A stretch of DNA of 63,494 nt from Rhodothermales bacterium (GCA_041609895.1 JBFIPX010000001.1:1-63494), one strand, 5' to 3'; counted from the stretch's first letter, positions 46,750 through 57,663 are shown. Notes: generated by a model from the sequence alone, not told the origin. A program made the numbers and translations.

Positions 46750-48099
46750 ATGAAGCAAGGTATGATGGATGATAGCCAGTCGGGGGTGCGGGCGGATCCG
46801 GAGGAGTCGATGGAGTCCGATGCACGCGCAATATTTCAGGCATCACTGGATGCGGTTGCGCCCGGGGGGATGATCGACCGGGCGATGGTTCATGGCCGGT
46901 GGATTGACAACCTGCACTCTGCACCACGGGCGATCCTGCTGGCCTGTGGGAAAGCAGCGTGCGGGATGACCAGCCGTTTCCTCGACCGGTTTCCAGTCGG
47001 CTCGGGGCTTGTCACCATTCCGCACGGCTCAGTGTGTCCCGAGATTGGGAATGTCAAAGTTACGACATCTGCGCACCCGATTCCTGACGAGACCAGCGCC
47101 GCGGCCGCTGACGCCGCGCTGGCCATGGCAGCGTCACTGGGCACGGACGATCTCGCGATCATACTGATATCTGGAGGTGGCTCTTCGCTCTGGGCCGGAG
47201 TGCCCGGGGATATTACCCTCGAGCAGAAGCAGGAGACGGTTCGCAAGCTGCTACTGTCCGGGGCATCAATCGATGAGTTGAACACCGTACGAAAGCACTT
47301 GTCCACGATCAAAGGCGGAGGCTTGGCGAAAGCCATCCATCCGGCGAGGTCCGTCTCGTTAATTGTCTCGGATGTCGTTGGAGATGACCTTAGCGTCATT
47401 GCTAGCGGGCCTACGGTGGGGGACGATTCTACTTTCGAGCAGGCGCTCGCGGTGCTCGAGCGCCGGGGTGGGCTTGGTGATTATCCTGAGGCGGTCGTCG
47501 GTCGCTTGCGCGCCGGTGAGCAGGGCATAATCGACGAAACACCAGGTTCTTCCCACCCGATATTCGAGGACCAGGAATCGGTACTGATTGGTTCGAACAA
47601 AGACGCGCTGGACGCCGCGGAGGTGGCGGCGAGCAACCGGGGCTACACGATTGTTCGTTCAGCGGTCTCGGTCACAGGTTCGGCCGATGCAGCGGGGAGG
47701 CGTTTGGCGCGGTCGATGATTGATGCGAACGTCGATGTGCCGACTTGCTATCTCTGGGGAGGCGAAACGACTGTCGTGGTCGGAGGTGAAGGAAAGGGCG
47801 GCCGGAATCAGGAACTCGTGTTGGCTGCGGCCATAGAGATGTCCGGAGCCGACAAAGCCCTCCTCTTGCTGAGTGCCGGCACGGACGGCGTCGACGGGCC
47901 GACCGATGCCGCCGGCGCGATAGCCACTCCGCGCACGGTTCGCAGGGGACAAGATGTCGGTGTTCGTGCGGACGAGTATCTGAAAGACAACGATTCGTAT
48001 TCGTTTTTCTCGGCGGTCGGCGGCCATGTCAAGCCGGGCCCGACCGGGACCAACGTGATGGACGTCCAGATCGGACTTGTTCTTCCGGAGTTTGCATGA
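46750..48099 (+). CDS. glycerate 2-kinase (DUF4147 + MOFRL, GckA/TtuD family)
   Basis: IFQASLDAVAPG, CGKAACGM, ISGGGSSL, VRKHLSTIKGGGLA, LWGGETTVVVGGEGKGGRNQE and TDGVDGPTDAAGA motifs. Transcribed divergently from 45000..46709 across a 40-bp AT-rich spacer. Confidence 0.88.
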   Translation: MKQGMMDDSQSGVRADPEESMESDARAIFQASLDAVAPGGMIDRAMVHGRWIDNLHSAPRAILLACGKAACGMTSRFLDRFPVGSGLVTIPHGSVCPEIGNVKVTTSAHPIPDETSAAAADAALAMAASLGTDDLAIILISGGGSSLWAGVPGDITLEQKQETVRKLLLSGASIDELNTVRKHLSTIKGGGLAKAIHPARSVSLIVSDVVGDDLSVIASGPTVGDDSTFEQALAVLERRGGLGDYPEAVVGRLRAGEQGIIDETPGSSHPIFEDQESVLIGSNKDALDAAEVAASNRGYTIVRSAVSVTGSADAAGRRLARSMIDANVDVPTCYLWGGETTVVVGGEGKGGRNQELVLAAAIEMSGADKALLLLSAGTDGVDGPTDAAGAIATPRTVRRGQDVGVRADEYLKDNDSYSFFSAVGGHVKPGPTGTNVMDVQIGLVLPEFA

Positions 48100-48137
48100 T
48101 CCGGAAGCTCTTCGAATCTCGGAAGTGAGCGTTACCG

Positions 48138-50195
48138 ATGAATCATCTTGCCTCTGAATCCAGCCCTTACCTTCTGCAGCACCGGGACAACCCGGTGGAC
48201 TGGTATCCGTGGGGCGATGAGGCGTTCAATAAGGCGTCGGACGAGGACCGCCCTGTCTTTCTTTCGATCGGATACGCCACGTGCCACTGGTGCCATGTTA
48301 TGGAGCATGAGTCTTTCGCCGACACCGAGGTGGCATCGTTGATGAATGAGAACTTTGTGTCGATCAAGGTAGACCGCGAAGAGCGACCGGACATAGACAA
48401 CATCTACATGACTGTCTGCCAGCTCATGGGCGGGCATTGCGGCTGGCCGTTGAACGTGGTTCTGACGCCGGACCGAAAGCCGTTCTTTGTCGCCACCTAC
48501 ATTCCTCGCATCAGCCGGCACGGCCGGATAGGGATGTTGGATCTCGTGCCACGGATCGCAGAGGCATGGCAGACGCGGCGCGACGACGTAACCGGCACGG
48601 CCGATGAGGTAACCGCGGCGCTGCGCTCGTTGGCTGATGGGCTGCCAGGCAAGGCGAGCCTGGACGCCGACTGGCTGAAAATCGCTCGCGATCAGTTCGG
48701 CGAGCGGTATGACCCTGTCCACGGCGGCTTCGGAAAGGCACCCAAGTTTCCATCTCCCCACAACCTCGTCTTTCTACTTCGATACGCACACAGGAACTCG
48801 GATGAAGAAGCCCTCGCTTGGGTAAGCCACACGCTCACCGCGATGCGCAAGGGAGGCATCTTTGACCAGATTGGATACGGCTTCCATCGCTACTCAACGG
48901 ACTCCGAATGGAAGCTGCCTCACTTCGAGAAAATGCTTTACGACCAGGCGTTGCACTTATTAGCGTACTCCGAGGCGTTTGCTGCCACCGGTCGTGACAC
49001 CTTCCGTGACACGGCGCTGCAGGTTGCCGACTATGTGCTACGTGATCTCACTTCGGAGGACGGGGCTTTCTTTTCTGCGGAAGACGCGGATAGCGAAGGG
49101 ATCGAGGGAAAGTTCTACGTCTGGTCCACCGAGGAGGTGAACGAACTATTCGGAGACGACCTCGGCCGCAAGGTCATCGCTTCATTGCAGATGAAATCTG
49201 AAGGCAACTTTCACGATGAGGCCTCACGGCGATTGACCGGCGAAAACGTGCCTTACCTACGCGACGGCGCCGAGGATTTCATCACGGCTTCCGACCCTGG
49301 CCTCGAGGAGGCCCGGAAGGTCCTCTTTCGCCGACGCGAACTGCGGGTCCGCCCGCTGCTCGACGACAAGGTGCTGGCTGACTGGAACGGCCTGATGATT
49401 GGCGCTCTTGCCAACGCCGGACGAACTCTGGGACAGGCGCGTCTGATTCACGCGGCAACACGCGCCGCTCGGTTCGTGCGTGAGGTGATGGTCCATCCGG
49501 AAAACGGGCTGATGCATCGTTACCGCAAGGGCGTCGTGGGCATTCCTGGAATGCTCGACGACTACGCGTTCTTGTCGTGGGGCCTGACGGAGCTGTACCA
49601 CGCAACGCTAGATACCGAACACCTCGCGTGGGCCTTGCGTCTCACCGAGGAATCAATTGACAGATTCTGGGATGGGCAGAAGGGTGGCTTCTTTCTCGCC
49701 TCCCGAACCAGCACGGATCTGTTGGTCCGGACCAAAGACTTCAACGATGGGGCTATTCCTTCCGGTAACGCAATCGGACTGGTCAACCTCGTCCGGTTAA
49801 GCAGGATTTGCGGAAGGACGGATCTTGACGAGAAGGCATCGGCTCTCCTCCAATCGGCAGCACCGACGGTTGTCCGCTACCCGTCGGCCTTCGCCGGGCT
49901 CTTGCTCGGTCTCGAGTTTCTTCAATCAGCTTCCGAAACGGTTCTTGCAGGAGCCAGCGGCGATGCGAGGATTCGATCCATGCATCAGGAACTGGGGAGA
50001 TCGTACCTACCCGGCAATGTTATCATCGGTTACGATCCGGAGGATACGGAGGTCGAACGGCTCGCTTCGTATTTGCGCGACTATTCCGCAGGGCCGGACC
50101 AGGCGCCACTTGCCTACGTTTGTCGAGACTACGTGTGTACGGAGCCCGCCCGAACCCCGGAGGAGATGATGCGCCGCTTTTCAGAGCTTCCCTGA
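48138..50195 (+). CDS. DUF255 thioredoxin-domain protein (YyaL/SPATA20-like)
   Basis: [29 protein letters not shown] and [17 protein letters not shown] signatures, followed by a six-hairpin glycosidase-like region. Confidence 0.9.
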   Translation: MNHLASESSPYLLQHRDNPVDWYPWGDEAFNKASDEDRPVFLSIGYATCHWCHVMEHESFADTEVASLMNENFVSIKVDREERPDIDNIYMTVCQLMGGHCGWPLNVVLTPDRKPFFVATYIPRISRHGRIGMLDLVPRIAEAWQTRRDDVTGTADEVTAALRSLADGLPGKASLDADWLKIARDQFGERYDPVHGGFGKAPKFPSPHNLVFLLRYAHRNSDEEALAWVSHTLTAMRKGGIFDQIGYGFHRYSTDSEWKLPHFEKMLYDQALHLLAYSEAFAATGRDTFRDTALQVADYVLRDLTSEDGAFFSAEDADSEGIEGKFYVWSTEEVNELFGDDLGRKVIASLQMKSEGNFHDEASRRLTGENVPYLRDGAEDFITASDPGLEEARKVLFRRRELRVRPLLDDKVLADWNGLMIGALANAGRTLGQARLIHAATRAARFVREVMVHPENGLMHRYRKGVVGIPGMLDDYAFLSWGLTELYHATLDTEHLAWALRLTEESIDRFWDGQKGGFFLASRTSTDLLVRTKDFNDGAIPSGNAIGLVNLVRLSRICGRTDLDEKASALLQSAAPTVVRYPSAFAGLLLGLEFLQSASETVLAGASGDARIRSMHQELGRSYLPGNVIIGYDPEDTEVERLASYLRDYSAGPDQAPLAYVCRDYVCTEPARTPEEMMRRFSELP

Positions 50196-50325
50196 CGCTG
50201 CCCACGGAAGCAGCAGCGAGTCTTCCGTGAGGAGTTGATCAAGCAGAAACGCATTGCCGCCTTTGCAGTAGGCGTTTCAGAGTGCCGGCATCCTCAATCC
50301 AGTTCGAATCAAGTAGCAATCAGAG

Positions 50326-51516
50326 ATGCGTGACGTCTATATCGTATCTGCCGTCCGATCGCCTGTCGGGCGCTTCGGTGGATCTCTCGTTAATCACACG
50401 CCTGTCGACCTTGCGGCTCACGTCATACAGGGCGCGCTGGAGAAAGCCGGCGTTGAGGGTGGGGCGCTCGACCTCTACATATTTGGCAATGTACTGCGGG
50501 CGGGCCAAGGCCAACTCATCCCCAGGCAGGCAGCGATTCAGGCCGGCGTTCCGGAATCTGTTGACGGACTTGCTGTCGATATGGTGTGTTCGTCAGGGAT
50601 GATGGCGGCCATGAACGGTATGACCTTGATCAAGGCGGGCGAAGCGGACCTGGTTCTGGTTGGGGGAACGGAGTCGATGTCCGGGGCCGGTTTCTACCTC
50701 TCGTCGCGAGCGAGATGGGGTTACAAGTATCTGGCGGGACGTCCGGAGGGATTGGTGGATATCCTCGAGCGGGACGGCCTGTCGGATCCGTTCTCGGGTG
50801 ACGCGATGGGAGTCCAAACCGAAAAGCTGGCCGCCGAGAAAGGCGTCCTGCGAAGCGATCTGGACGACGTCGCGGCGATGTCCCATCATCGAGCTGCGAA
50901 AGCGCACGAGGACGGTCACTTCGCGGCCGAGATCGTGCCGATCGAATATCGTGACCGTCGTGAGACGAAAGTGCTCACGGCAGATGAAGGTGTTCGTGCA
51001 GACACGACCGCTGAGAGTCTCTCCAAGCTTCGGCCCGCGTTTTCGAAGGAGGGAGTGTTGACGGCCGGCAACAGCAGTCAGATTAGCGATGGCGCTGCCG
51101 CGTTGCTGCTTGCCAGCGCAGACGCAGTGGAGAAGCACTCGTTGACGCCGCTTGCGAGGCTAACCGCGGGTGCATGGGCCGCCGGTGCGCCTTACCGCTT
51201 CCCGGAAGCACCAATTCCGGCGGTGAAGCGGGTGCTCGACAAGCTCGGAGCAAAAATTGGCGATTTCGATTTGTTCGAAAACAACGAGGCGTTTGCCATC
51301 AACAATCTGCTGTTCCATCGCATGCTCGATGTCCCGATGGATAAGTTGAACGTCCACGGGGGAGCCGTCGCGCTGGGTCATCCCATCGGCGCCTCAGGGG
51401 CTCGCATCATGGTTACGTTGACGCACGCGCTGCGTCAACACGCTGGAGAGCGGGGCATAGCCGCCATTTGTCACGGTACGGGTGGTGGTACCGCTGTTGC
51501 TGTAGAACTGGTCTGA
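50326..51516 (+). CDS. acetyl-CoA C-acetyltransferase (thiolase II)
   Basis: MRDVYIVSAVRSPVGRFGGSL start. Active-site VDMVCSSGM. NVHGGAVALGHPIGASGAR and CHGTGGG near the C-terminus. Confidence 0.93.
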   Translation: MRDVYIVSAVRSPVGRFGGSLVNHTPVDLAAHVIQGALEKAGVEGGALDLYIFGNVLRAGQGQLIPRQAAIQAGVPESVDGLAVDMVCSSGMMAAMNGMTLIKAGEADLVLVGGTESMSGAGFYLSSRARWGYKYLAGRPEGLVDILERDGLSDPFSGDAMGVQTEKLAAEKGVLRSDLDDVAAMSHHRAAKAHEDGHFAAEIVPIEYRDRRETKVLTADEGVRADTTAESLSKLRPAFSKEGVLTAGNSSQISDGAAALLLASADAVEKHSLTPLARLTAGAWAAGAPYRFPEAPIPAVKRVLDKLGAKIGDFDLFENNEAFAINNLLFHRMLDVPMDKLNVHGGAVALGHPIGASGARIMVTLTHALRQHAGERGIAAICHGTGGGTAVAVELV

Positions 51517-51549
51517 TGTTGGCCGGCCAGCCACGTCGGACCGCCCGTT

Positions 51550-52581
51550 TCAGTTGATGGCGATCGACCCAAACGAAGTGTGCGCCTTGAGCGTGGGCCC
51601 GCCTCCATTGAGGGCGCCCTCCATTGAGGACTTGGTTTGACTCCCGCCAAACGAATAGCTGCCGCTCATCTTCACCTTATCGCCGCGAAACTCGACGTTG
51701 GCCGCAAGATCTTCAGGAGCCTCAATCTCGATGTCGCCATGACTGTTCCGAATCGTTCCTCCGACAGCCTCGGCCAGAGCGAGGTTGATCTCACCGTGTG
51801 AGTTGGATATGTCGATTGATCCGCCGCCGCGAAGGTCGAGTTCGAGGTCTCCATGCGCTGACTTTGCGCTTACTTCGTCGGCACTCAGCGGGCCGGTCAT
51901 GAGATCTCCGTGCGCCGTCTTGAGATAGACGCTACGGGCCTTGACCGCTTCCAATTCGAGATCGCCGTGCGCCATCTTCACGTCGATATCGTCACCGTCG
52001 ATCGATCCAACGGAAGCGTCGCCGTGCGCGACACGCAAGTCGAGATTACCGACGAGGTCGCCAAGCTCCAGATCGCCATGGGCAACAGAGACTTCGGCGT
52101 TGAACCGACGCGGGATGACAACGTCGACGTCAATTTCTGCGCCGCCGGTTGATCGCCAGTTCCAGCTTCTCTTTGACGGCTCCGTCTTCACGACGATTCG
52201 GTCGCCATCCTTGCGGGCGTCGAAGTTAAGCGATTCGAAGTACTGGCGGGCAACCTCGAGATCCCGTGCGCGCAGCGTCACCCGGACGGTTGCCACGTCG
52301 CTCCCCGATGTCTCGATGGATACGTCCGCGTGTCCGATCGAGAGTTCGAGAAGACCACCCTGGGACACATTGAATTGCTTGTCGACAATAAGCTCATCTC
52401 CCGTGGACACGAAGGTCGTCGAATGTCTGTCTACGCGAGTGTGTGTTTCGACGTGCGAAAAGCGGTGTTCGTGCCGCTCAACGTCGTGATTAAAGAACTT
52501 GTTGGTCAGGGTCTTGCCGACATTGACAAGGCCGAGGGCGGCAAGAACACAGAGTATGGCGGCGGCGATCTTCGTTCTCAT
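51550..52581 (-). CDS. DUF4097-type beta-strand repeat protein (putative adhesin) with N-terminal membrane anchor
   Basis: N-terminal TM helix. Many repeats of V(xx)AHGD(L/I)E(L/I). Confidence 0.75.
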   Translation of the reverse strand: MRTKIAAAILCVLAALGLVNVGKTLTNKFFNHDVERHEHRFSHVETHTRVDRHSTTFVSTGDELIVDKQFNVSQGGLLELSIGHADVSIETSGSDVATVRVTLRARDLEVARQYFESLNFDARKDGDRIVVKTEPSKRSWNWRSTGGAEIDVDVVIPRRFNAEVSVAHGDLELGDLVGNLDLRVAHGDASVGSIDGDDIDVKMAHGDLELEAVKARSVYLKTAHGDLMTGPLSADEVSAKSAHGDLELDLRGGGSIDISNSHGEINLALAEAVGGTIRNSHGDIEIEAPEDLAANVEFRGDKVKMSGSYSFGGSQTKSSMEGALNGGGPTLKAHTSFGSIAIN

Positions 52582-52665
52582 TTTTGGAGCCAGGGTGATG
52601 CGGTTAGGATGCTATCTTCATGTAACACGCTACGGGACGAATACGAGCCGGTTGCGGCCTGCATT

Positions 52666-53340
52666 ATGAAATTCGAGATGTTGCGTGCTTCCTTCTTCGA
52701 CAGGCCGACTCTCGAGGTTGCTCCTGACCTGCTCGGCAAGTGGCTCGTCCGAACAGGCATCGAAGAGCGACCTCTCGTCGGCCGCATCGTCGAAACAGAG
52801 GCATATACCGGTGATGACCCCGCTTTTCATGCCTGGGGGATCGTTGATCCGCCAACGGGACTGGTACAGCCCAGCGGTCGTGGCTACGACCTCTTCGGGC
52901 CGCCAGGTTGTGCTTACGTGTACTTGATCTACGGCATGTATTGGATGCTCAATGTGTTGACGGAGCGCGAGGGTGTCGCCGGTTGCGTGCTCATCCGTGC
53001 CGTTGAGCCCGTTGCTGGCGAGGCGCTGATGTGGGATAGGCGGCCGGCCGCACGAAAACCGACTGATCTGACGAGTGGTCCTGGCAAACTGACCCAGGCG
53101 CTGGAGATTGACAATTCGTTTCACAGGACGTCACTGCTGGAACCGCCACTGTTTTTTGCTGAGCCGGAAGACGAGGTGTCCCATCGCGTGGGTACGTCCT
53201 CCCGAATCGGAATCACGCGGGCGGTCGAGCGTCAGTGGCGTTTCTATTGTGACGGAAACCCGTTCGTTTCACCTGCCGTGCCTAGCGACGTGGCGGCTGA
53301 GAATCGCCGCAAGGCACGAAGACGAACGCGCCGTGCTTAG
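52666..53340 (+). CDS. mpg: DNA-3-methyladenine glycosylase (Mpg/AAG family)
   Basis: ATG 52666. FFDRPTLEVAPDLLGKWLV, IVETEAYTGDDPAFHAW, YVYLIYGMYWMLNV and SGPGKLTQAL motifs. The ORF part upstream of 52666 overlaps the divergent gene and is not protein-like. Confidence 0.85.
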   Translation: MKFEMLRASFFDRPTLEVAPDLLGKWLVRTGIEERPLVGRIVETEAYTGDDPAFHAWGIVDPPTGLVQPSGRGYDLFGPPGCAYVYLIYGMYWMLNVLTEREGVAGCVLIRAVEPVAGEALMWDRRPAARKPTDLTSGPGKLTQALEIDNSFHRTSLLEPPLFFAEPEDEVSHRVGTSSRIGITRAVERQWRFYCDGNPFVSPAVPSDVAAENRRKARRRTRRA

Positions 53341-53528
53341 GAACAGCGCCGTGCGAGTTGGCTGGGTACCACGTAACGTGTGTTCGAAGTGCGACGAGAC
53401 GCCGAGGTAGGTCGATGGCCTCTACAAGGCGCCTGCGTTCATTCTTCGAGGAATAATCGCCCGGGGTCAGCGTACATTTACGTCCGCCGAACAGCCTCGA
53501 CAACACAGACCGTCTACATCGGATCGGA

Positions 53529-56381
53529 ATGTCCTCGAAAAAGACCTCAGAACAGATCAGAGCCGAGTTCTTCGACTTCTTTCGCGAGAAGGACCATGAG
53601 ATCGTATCCAGTGCGTCGCTCGTCCCTGACAACGACCCGACGCTGCTGTTTACCAATGCGGGCATGAACCAGTTCAAGGATGTGTTTCTGGGGAGTGGCG
53701 ACCGGCCATACAAACGCGCGGCGGACACTCAGAAATGCCTCCGTGTTTCGGGAAAGCACAATGACCTCGAAGAGGTGGGGATTGATACCTACCACCATAC
53801 CTTCTTCGAGATGTTGGGCAACTGGAGTTTTGGAGACTACTTCAAGAAGGAGGCGATCGCCTGGGCCTGGGAACTGCTGGTCGACCGATGGGGGCTTGAT
53901 CCGTCCCGGCTCTACGCGACGGTCCATGAGGGTGATAAGGCACTCGGTCTCGGTGCCGACGAGGAGGCTGCTGGATTTTGGAAGTCGGAGACATCGATCA
54001 ACCCGGATCATGTCCTGTTTTGCAGCTCCAAGGACAACTTCTGGATGATGGGCGATACAGGTCCGTGCGGCCCGTGCTCCGAGATCCATATCGACTTGCG
54101 TTCCGATGAGGAGCGCAGCAAGGTGCCCGGATCCACGCTCGTAAACGCGGACGATCCGCGGGTCATGGAAATCTGGAACCTGGTCTTCATTCAGTACGAT
54201 GCGCAAAGAGACGGTTCGCTCGAGCCGCTGCCGGCACAGCACGTGGACACGGGTATGGGTTTCGAACGGCTGGTTGCCGTTCTCCAGGACAAGCGAAGCA
54301 ACTACGACACCGATCTGTTCGGTCCGCTACTAAGTAAGATCGCCGAGCTTACGCCGAGGCCTGATATCAACTCGTACTTGTCGATCGATGCCGAAGGCAA
54401 GGAGCTGGAAAAGGTGAAGATCGCAATGCGCGTCATCGCGGACCACGCTCGTGCCATCACATTCACAATAGCGGACGGCGTCATGCCGGGGAACGTCGGT
54501 CGAGGGTACGTCATCCGGCGCATTTTGCGTAGGGCGGTTCGATTCGGATACCAGACGCTGGAGCTGCGGGAGCCGTTTCTCCATAATCTTGTCGGCACGA
54601 TTGGCGACCAGATGTCGAAGGTATTTCCGGAGGTCGGCAGCCGCAGGGAATATGTCGAGCAGGTCGTCCGCGCGGAGGAGGAGAGTTTCCTGAACACGCT
54701 TGGGACCGGGCTCTCTTTCTTCGACCGCATCGTTCCTTTTGTCCAGAGGTTCGCCGCCGGCGACGGTGACGTTGAGTCGGTCAGAAGCGATCTCGAGCAA
54801 GATCGTCGTACTACAGATCTTTTAGAGAAATCGTTCGTGCAGGCCGATAGCCGGGCCGAGGTGATTCAGCGGTTCGAGGAGGTCGCTTCAGGCGGCGTGT
54901 TGCCGGGCGAAATCGCTTTCTTGCTCCACGACACGTACGGCTTTCCCGTCGACCTGACCCAACTGATGGCCAGAGAGGAAGGCTTGGGCGTCGATATGGA
55001 CGCGTATCAGGAGTTGATGCGACAGCAGAAGGACCGTGCCCGCTCCGCGGCGACATTAATTGCGGACGACGAGGATGACGACAGTTGGCGCGAGATCAGC
55101 CGGGGCGAACGATCGGAGTTTGTGGGTTACGACCGAACGGCGGTTGATGATGCCCGTATCTCCAAGGTCCGAAAGGTCCACGACGCCGAAGGCGCCGAGG
55201 TGTACGAAGTCGTGTTGGACCGGACCCCCTTCTATGCCGAGAGCGGTGGTCAGGTGGGTGACGTTGGACATCTCCGCATCGGTGACCATGTAATCGCAGT
55301 CACCGACACCCGTCGAGCCGACGACGAGATCGTGCATTTCGTGGACGAGCTTCCTGGAGATCTCGATGGTCCCGTTGTGGCAGAGGTAGACAGCGCTCGC
55401 CGGACCCGCATTATGAAGCATCATACCGCGACGCATCTTCTCCATGCGGCGCTGCGTGAAGTTTTGGGTCCGCACGTGGCACAGAAAGGATCGCTGGTAG
55501 CGCCAGATCATCTCCGCTTCGATTTCAGTCATTTCGAGCGCGTCACGCCGACGCAAATGGATGAGATAGCTACGCTGGTGAACCAGAAGGTGCAGGAGAA
55601 CATCGAGAAGGGTGAGGAGCGATCCGTCCCGCGATCAAAGGCGCTCGAGCGTGGTGCGATGGCCCTCTTCGGTGAGAAGTACGGCGACACGGTACGCGTG
55701 ATCACCTTCGACCCTTCCTTCTCGATCGAATTGTGCGGTGGTACTCATGTGGACGCGACGGGCGAGATCGGGATCTTCGCTTTCAAATCGGAGGGTTCAG
55801 TCGCAGCCGGAGTACGCCGTGTTGAGGCACTCGTAGGCTTCGACGCGCTCGGTTACCTCAAGTCTCAAGTAGAGGAGTTGGGCCGGGTTCGCGAGCAGTT
55901 CAAGACGGTGCAGCGCCCCACCGACGAGGAGGTGGCAGATCTCATGGATCGCTACAAGGAGGCCACCAAGGAACTGGAGCGGGTTCGTGGAGCGTCTCTT
56001 GCATCGCAGCTCGATGACATTCTGGCAAGTGCCTCGAAGGTAGACGGCGTTCGGATCGCGGTCGGCAACGTCGGAACGGCTGCCATGGACGACCTGAGAA
56101 CGCTTGGCCAGCAACTTCGCGACCGCTCAGGAGACGGAACCGTAGGCGTCCTTGGATCGATTGACCCTGAAGGAGGCAAGGTGTTTTTGGTCGCGACCGT
56201 ATCCGATGACCTGATAAAGGAGAAGGGTCTCAAGGCAGGGGAGTTGGTCGGTCGACTGGCAAAGCTGGTCGGCGGCGGAGGTGGCGGACGTCCGGAGCTG
56301 GCTACCGCGGGAGGGAAGAACCCCTCCAAGCTGGACGAGGCTCTGGCCGAAGCGCCCGTTGCCGTGCAGTCTTCCATCTAG
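53529..56381 (+). CDS. alaS: alanine--tRNA ligase
   Basis: Full-length AlaRS: FFDFFREKDHEIVSSASLVP, TNAGMNQFK, HHTFFEMLGNWSFGDYFK, editing-domain HTATHLLHAALREVLG and CGGTH, C-terminal GGGGGRPELATAGG. Confidence 0.97.
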   Translation: MSSKKTSEQIRAEFFDFFREKDHEIVSSASLVPDNDPTLLFTNAGMNQFKDVFLGSGDRPYKRAADTQKCLRVSGKHNDLEEVGIDTYHHTFFEMLGNWSFGDYFKKEAIAWAWELLVDRWGLDPSRLYATVHEGDKALGLGADEEAAGFWKSETSINPDHVLFCSSKDNFWMMGDTGPCGPCSEIHIDLRSDEERSKVPGSTLVNADDPRVMEIWNLVFIQYDAQRDGSLEPLPAQHVDTGMGFERLVAVLQDKRSNYDTDLFGPLLSKIAELTPRPDINSYLSIDAEGKELEKVKIAMRVIADHARAITFTIADGVMPGNVGRGYVIRRILRRAVRFGYQTLELREPFLHNLVGTIGDQMSKVFPEVGSRREYVEQVVRAEEESFLNTLGTGLSFFDRIVPFVQRFAAGDGDVESVRSDLEQDRRTTDLLEKSFVQADSRAEVIQRFEEVASGGVLPGEIAFLLHDTYGFPVDLTQLMAREEGLGVDMDAYQELMRQQKDRARSAATLIADDEDDDSWREISRGERSEFVGYDRTAVDDARISKVRKVHDAEGAEVYEVVLDRTPFYAESGGQVGDVGHLRIGDHVIAVTDTRRADDEIVHFVDELPGDLDGPVVAEVDSARRTRIMKHHTATHLLHAALREVLGPHVAQKGSLVAPDHLRFDFSHFERVTPTQMDEIATLVNQKVQENIEKGEERSVPRSKALERGAMALFGEKYGDTVRVITFDPSFSIELCGGTHVDATGEIGIFAFKSEGSVAAGVRRVEALVGFDALGYLKSQVEELGRVREQFKTVQRPTDEEVADLMDRYKEATKELERVRGASLASQLDDILASASKVDGVRIAVGNVGTAAMDDLRTLGQQLRDRSGDGTVGVLGSIDPEGGKVFLVATVSDDLIKEKGLKAGELVGRLAKLVGGGGGGRPELATAGGKNPSKLDEALAEAPVAVQSSI

Positions 56382-56521
56382 AGAATCGCAGGACATGTCC
56401 TCTCGGGTGTTTTGTGCGGCTCGTGCCCTTGGATCACTCGATGTGTCGATTGAAAATTTCGTTCCGGTCGGTCGATTTGTAAGTTTTCACGCGTGCCGCT
56501 ACATTTTCGACCTTTCCCCGG

Positions 56522-57352
56522 GTGCTCGTTGTGGCGCCTGCAGCGCATTGTACAAGTTCATCAGAAGATTCCAGTCAGACGTCGAGCGTGCTCCATTCCG
56601 TTTATGATAGGCTGCGGACGATCAGCACCCAGAAGGGTGCGGGATTCATTGTCCTGGTAGATCCCGACCGCATTTCCGAAGAGGATGTCCCGGATTTCGT
56701 AGAGATGTGTGAATCGGCGGATGCAGATGCCTTTTTCGTTGGCTCGAGCATCCTGTGTCATCCCGACTTCGACCGCTTCGTACGTGTGTTGTCGCAATCC
56801 GCGTCCGTACCGGTAATTGGATTTCCCGGATCAGTGAATCAGCTTTCGCCGGCACTGGATGCGATTCTTTTTCTTTCGGTAGTGAGCAGTCGGAACCCCG
56901 AGTATCTGTTCGGCCAACATGTGCACGCGGCGCCGGTTATTCGCTCAATGGGGATCGAGCCGATTGCCACCGGATACATGCTGGTCGATTGCGGGAAGAC
57001 CACCACGGCCCAATACGTAACGCACTCGATGCCGCTCCCGCAGGATAAGCCAGACGTCGCTGCGGCCACGGCGCTCGCTGCGGAGATGATGGGAATGAAG
57101 CTTTTGTTTGCCGATGGCGGGTCGGGAGCGAAGGGCAACGTAACCGAACCACTGATCAGCGCGGTGTCTGAAATATGCTCTGTGCCGCTGATGGTGGGTG
57201 GCGGGCTGCGCTCCCCAAACGACGTTGCCCGCAAAGTCCAGGCGGGAGCCGACTTCGTTGTCGTCGGCACGGCCATCGAGGCGCGGCCGGACCGAGGCTT
57301 CATAACGGAGATGGCGGCTGCAGCCCACATTGCGGTTCCCAAGGCAATCTGA
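56522..57352 (+). CDS. geranylgeranylglyceryl/heptaprenylglyceryl phosphate synthase family (GGGPS/PcrB) protein
   Basis: GFIVLVDPD, FFVGSS, LLFADGGSGA and PLMVGGGLRSPNDVARKVQAGADFVVVGTAIE match the family. The real start is probably the in-frame GTG at 56588 (VLHSVYDRL...). Confidence 0.8.
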   Translation: MLVVAPAAHCTSSSEDSSQTSSVLHSVYDRLRTISTQKGAGFIVLVDPDRISEEDVPDFVEMCESADADAFFVGSSILCHPDFDRFVRVLSQSASVPVIGFPGSVNQLSPALDAILFLSVVSSRNPEYLFGQHVHAAPVIRSMGIEPIATGYMLVDCGKTTTAQYVTHSMPLPQDKPDVAAATALAAEMMGMKLLFADGGSGAKGNVTEPLISAVSEICSVPLMVGGGLRSPNDVARKVQAGADFVVVGTAIEARPDRGFITEMAAAAHIAVPKAI

Positions 57353-57572
57353 GGTCGCCATGCTCCCTTTTCCGCATATCTTAAATCGCCGAGGTTGCGG
57401 TGCAAGAGCAGGGGCGACTACCTTTGTTGATCTCGTCGGCTCTTACTGATCCGCTTGTTCGGTTGCGGTCGCGGTCCGCAGCAACATGCATTTGCTGGGA
57501 TCGTAGTTCTATCTATGAGCAGGTTTCTGGCCGCCAGCGATGTGACCGTTGGTGTTCTGGCTGCGTGCCAAA

Positions 57573-57660
57573 GGAGGGGTGCCGGAGTGGTCGAACGGGG
57601 CGGTCTCGAAAACCGTTGTACCCCTCGCGGGTACCGTGGGTTCGAATCCCACCCCCTCCG
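57573..57660 (+). tRNA. tRNA-Ser (anticodon CGA)
   Basis: Cloverleaf built by hand. Acceptor GGAGGGG/CCCCTCC. Anticodon arm GCGGT-CTCGAAA-ACCGT. Long variable arm GTACCC...GGGTAC. T arm GTGGG-TTCGAAT-CCCAC. Discriminator G. CCA not encoded. Confidence 0.95.
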
Positions 57661-57663
57661 CAG

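Noticed and set aside
53341-53528. Checked the alaS leader for a T-box or other attenuator.
   Set aside because: I found no specifier-loop or T-box (AGAGA...GGUGNA-type) elements and no terminator hairpin.
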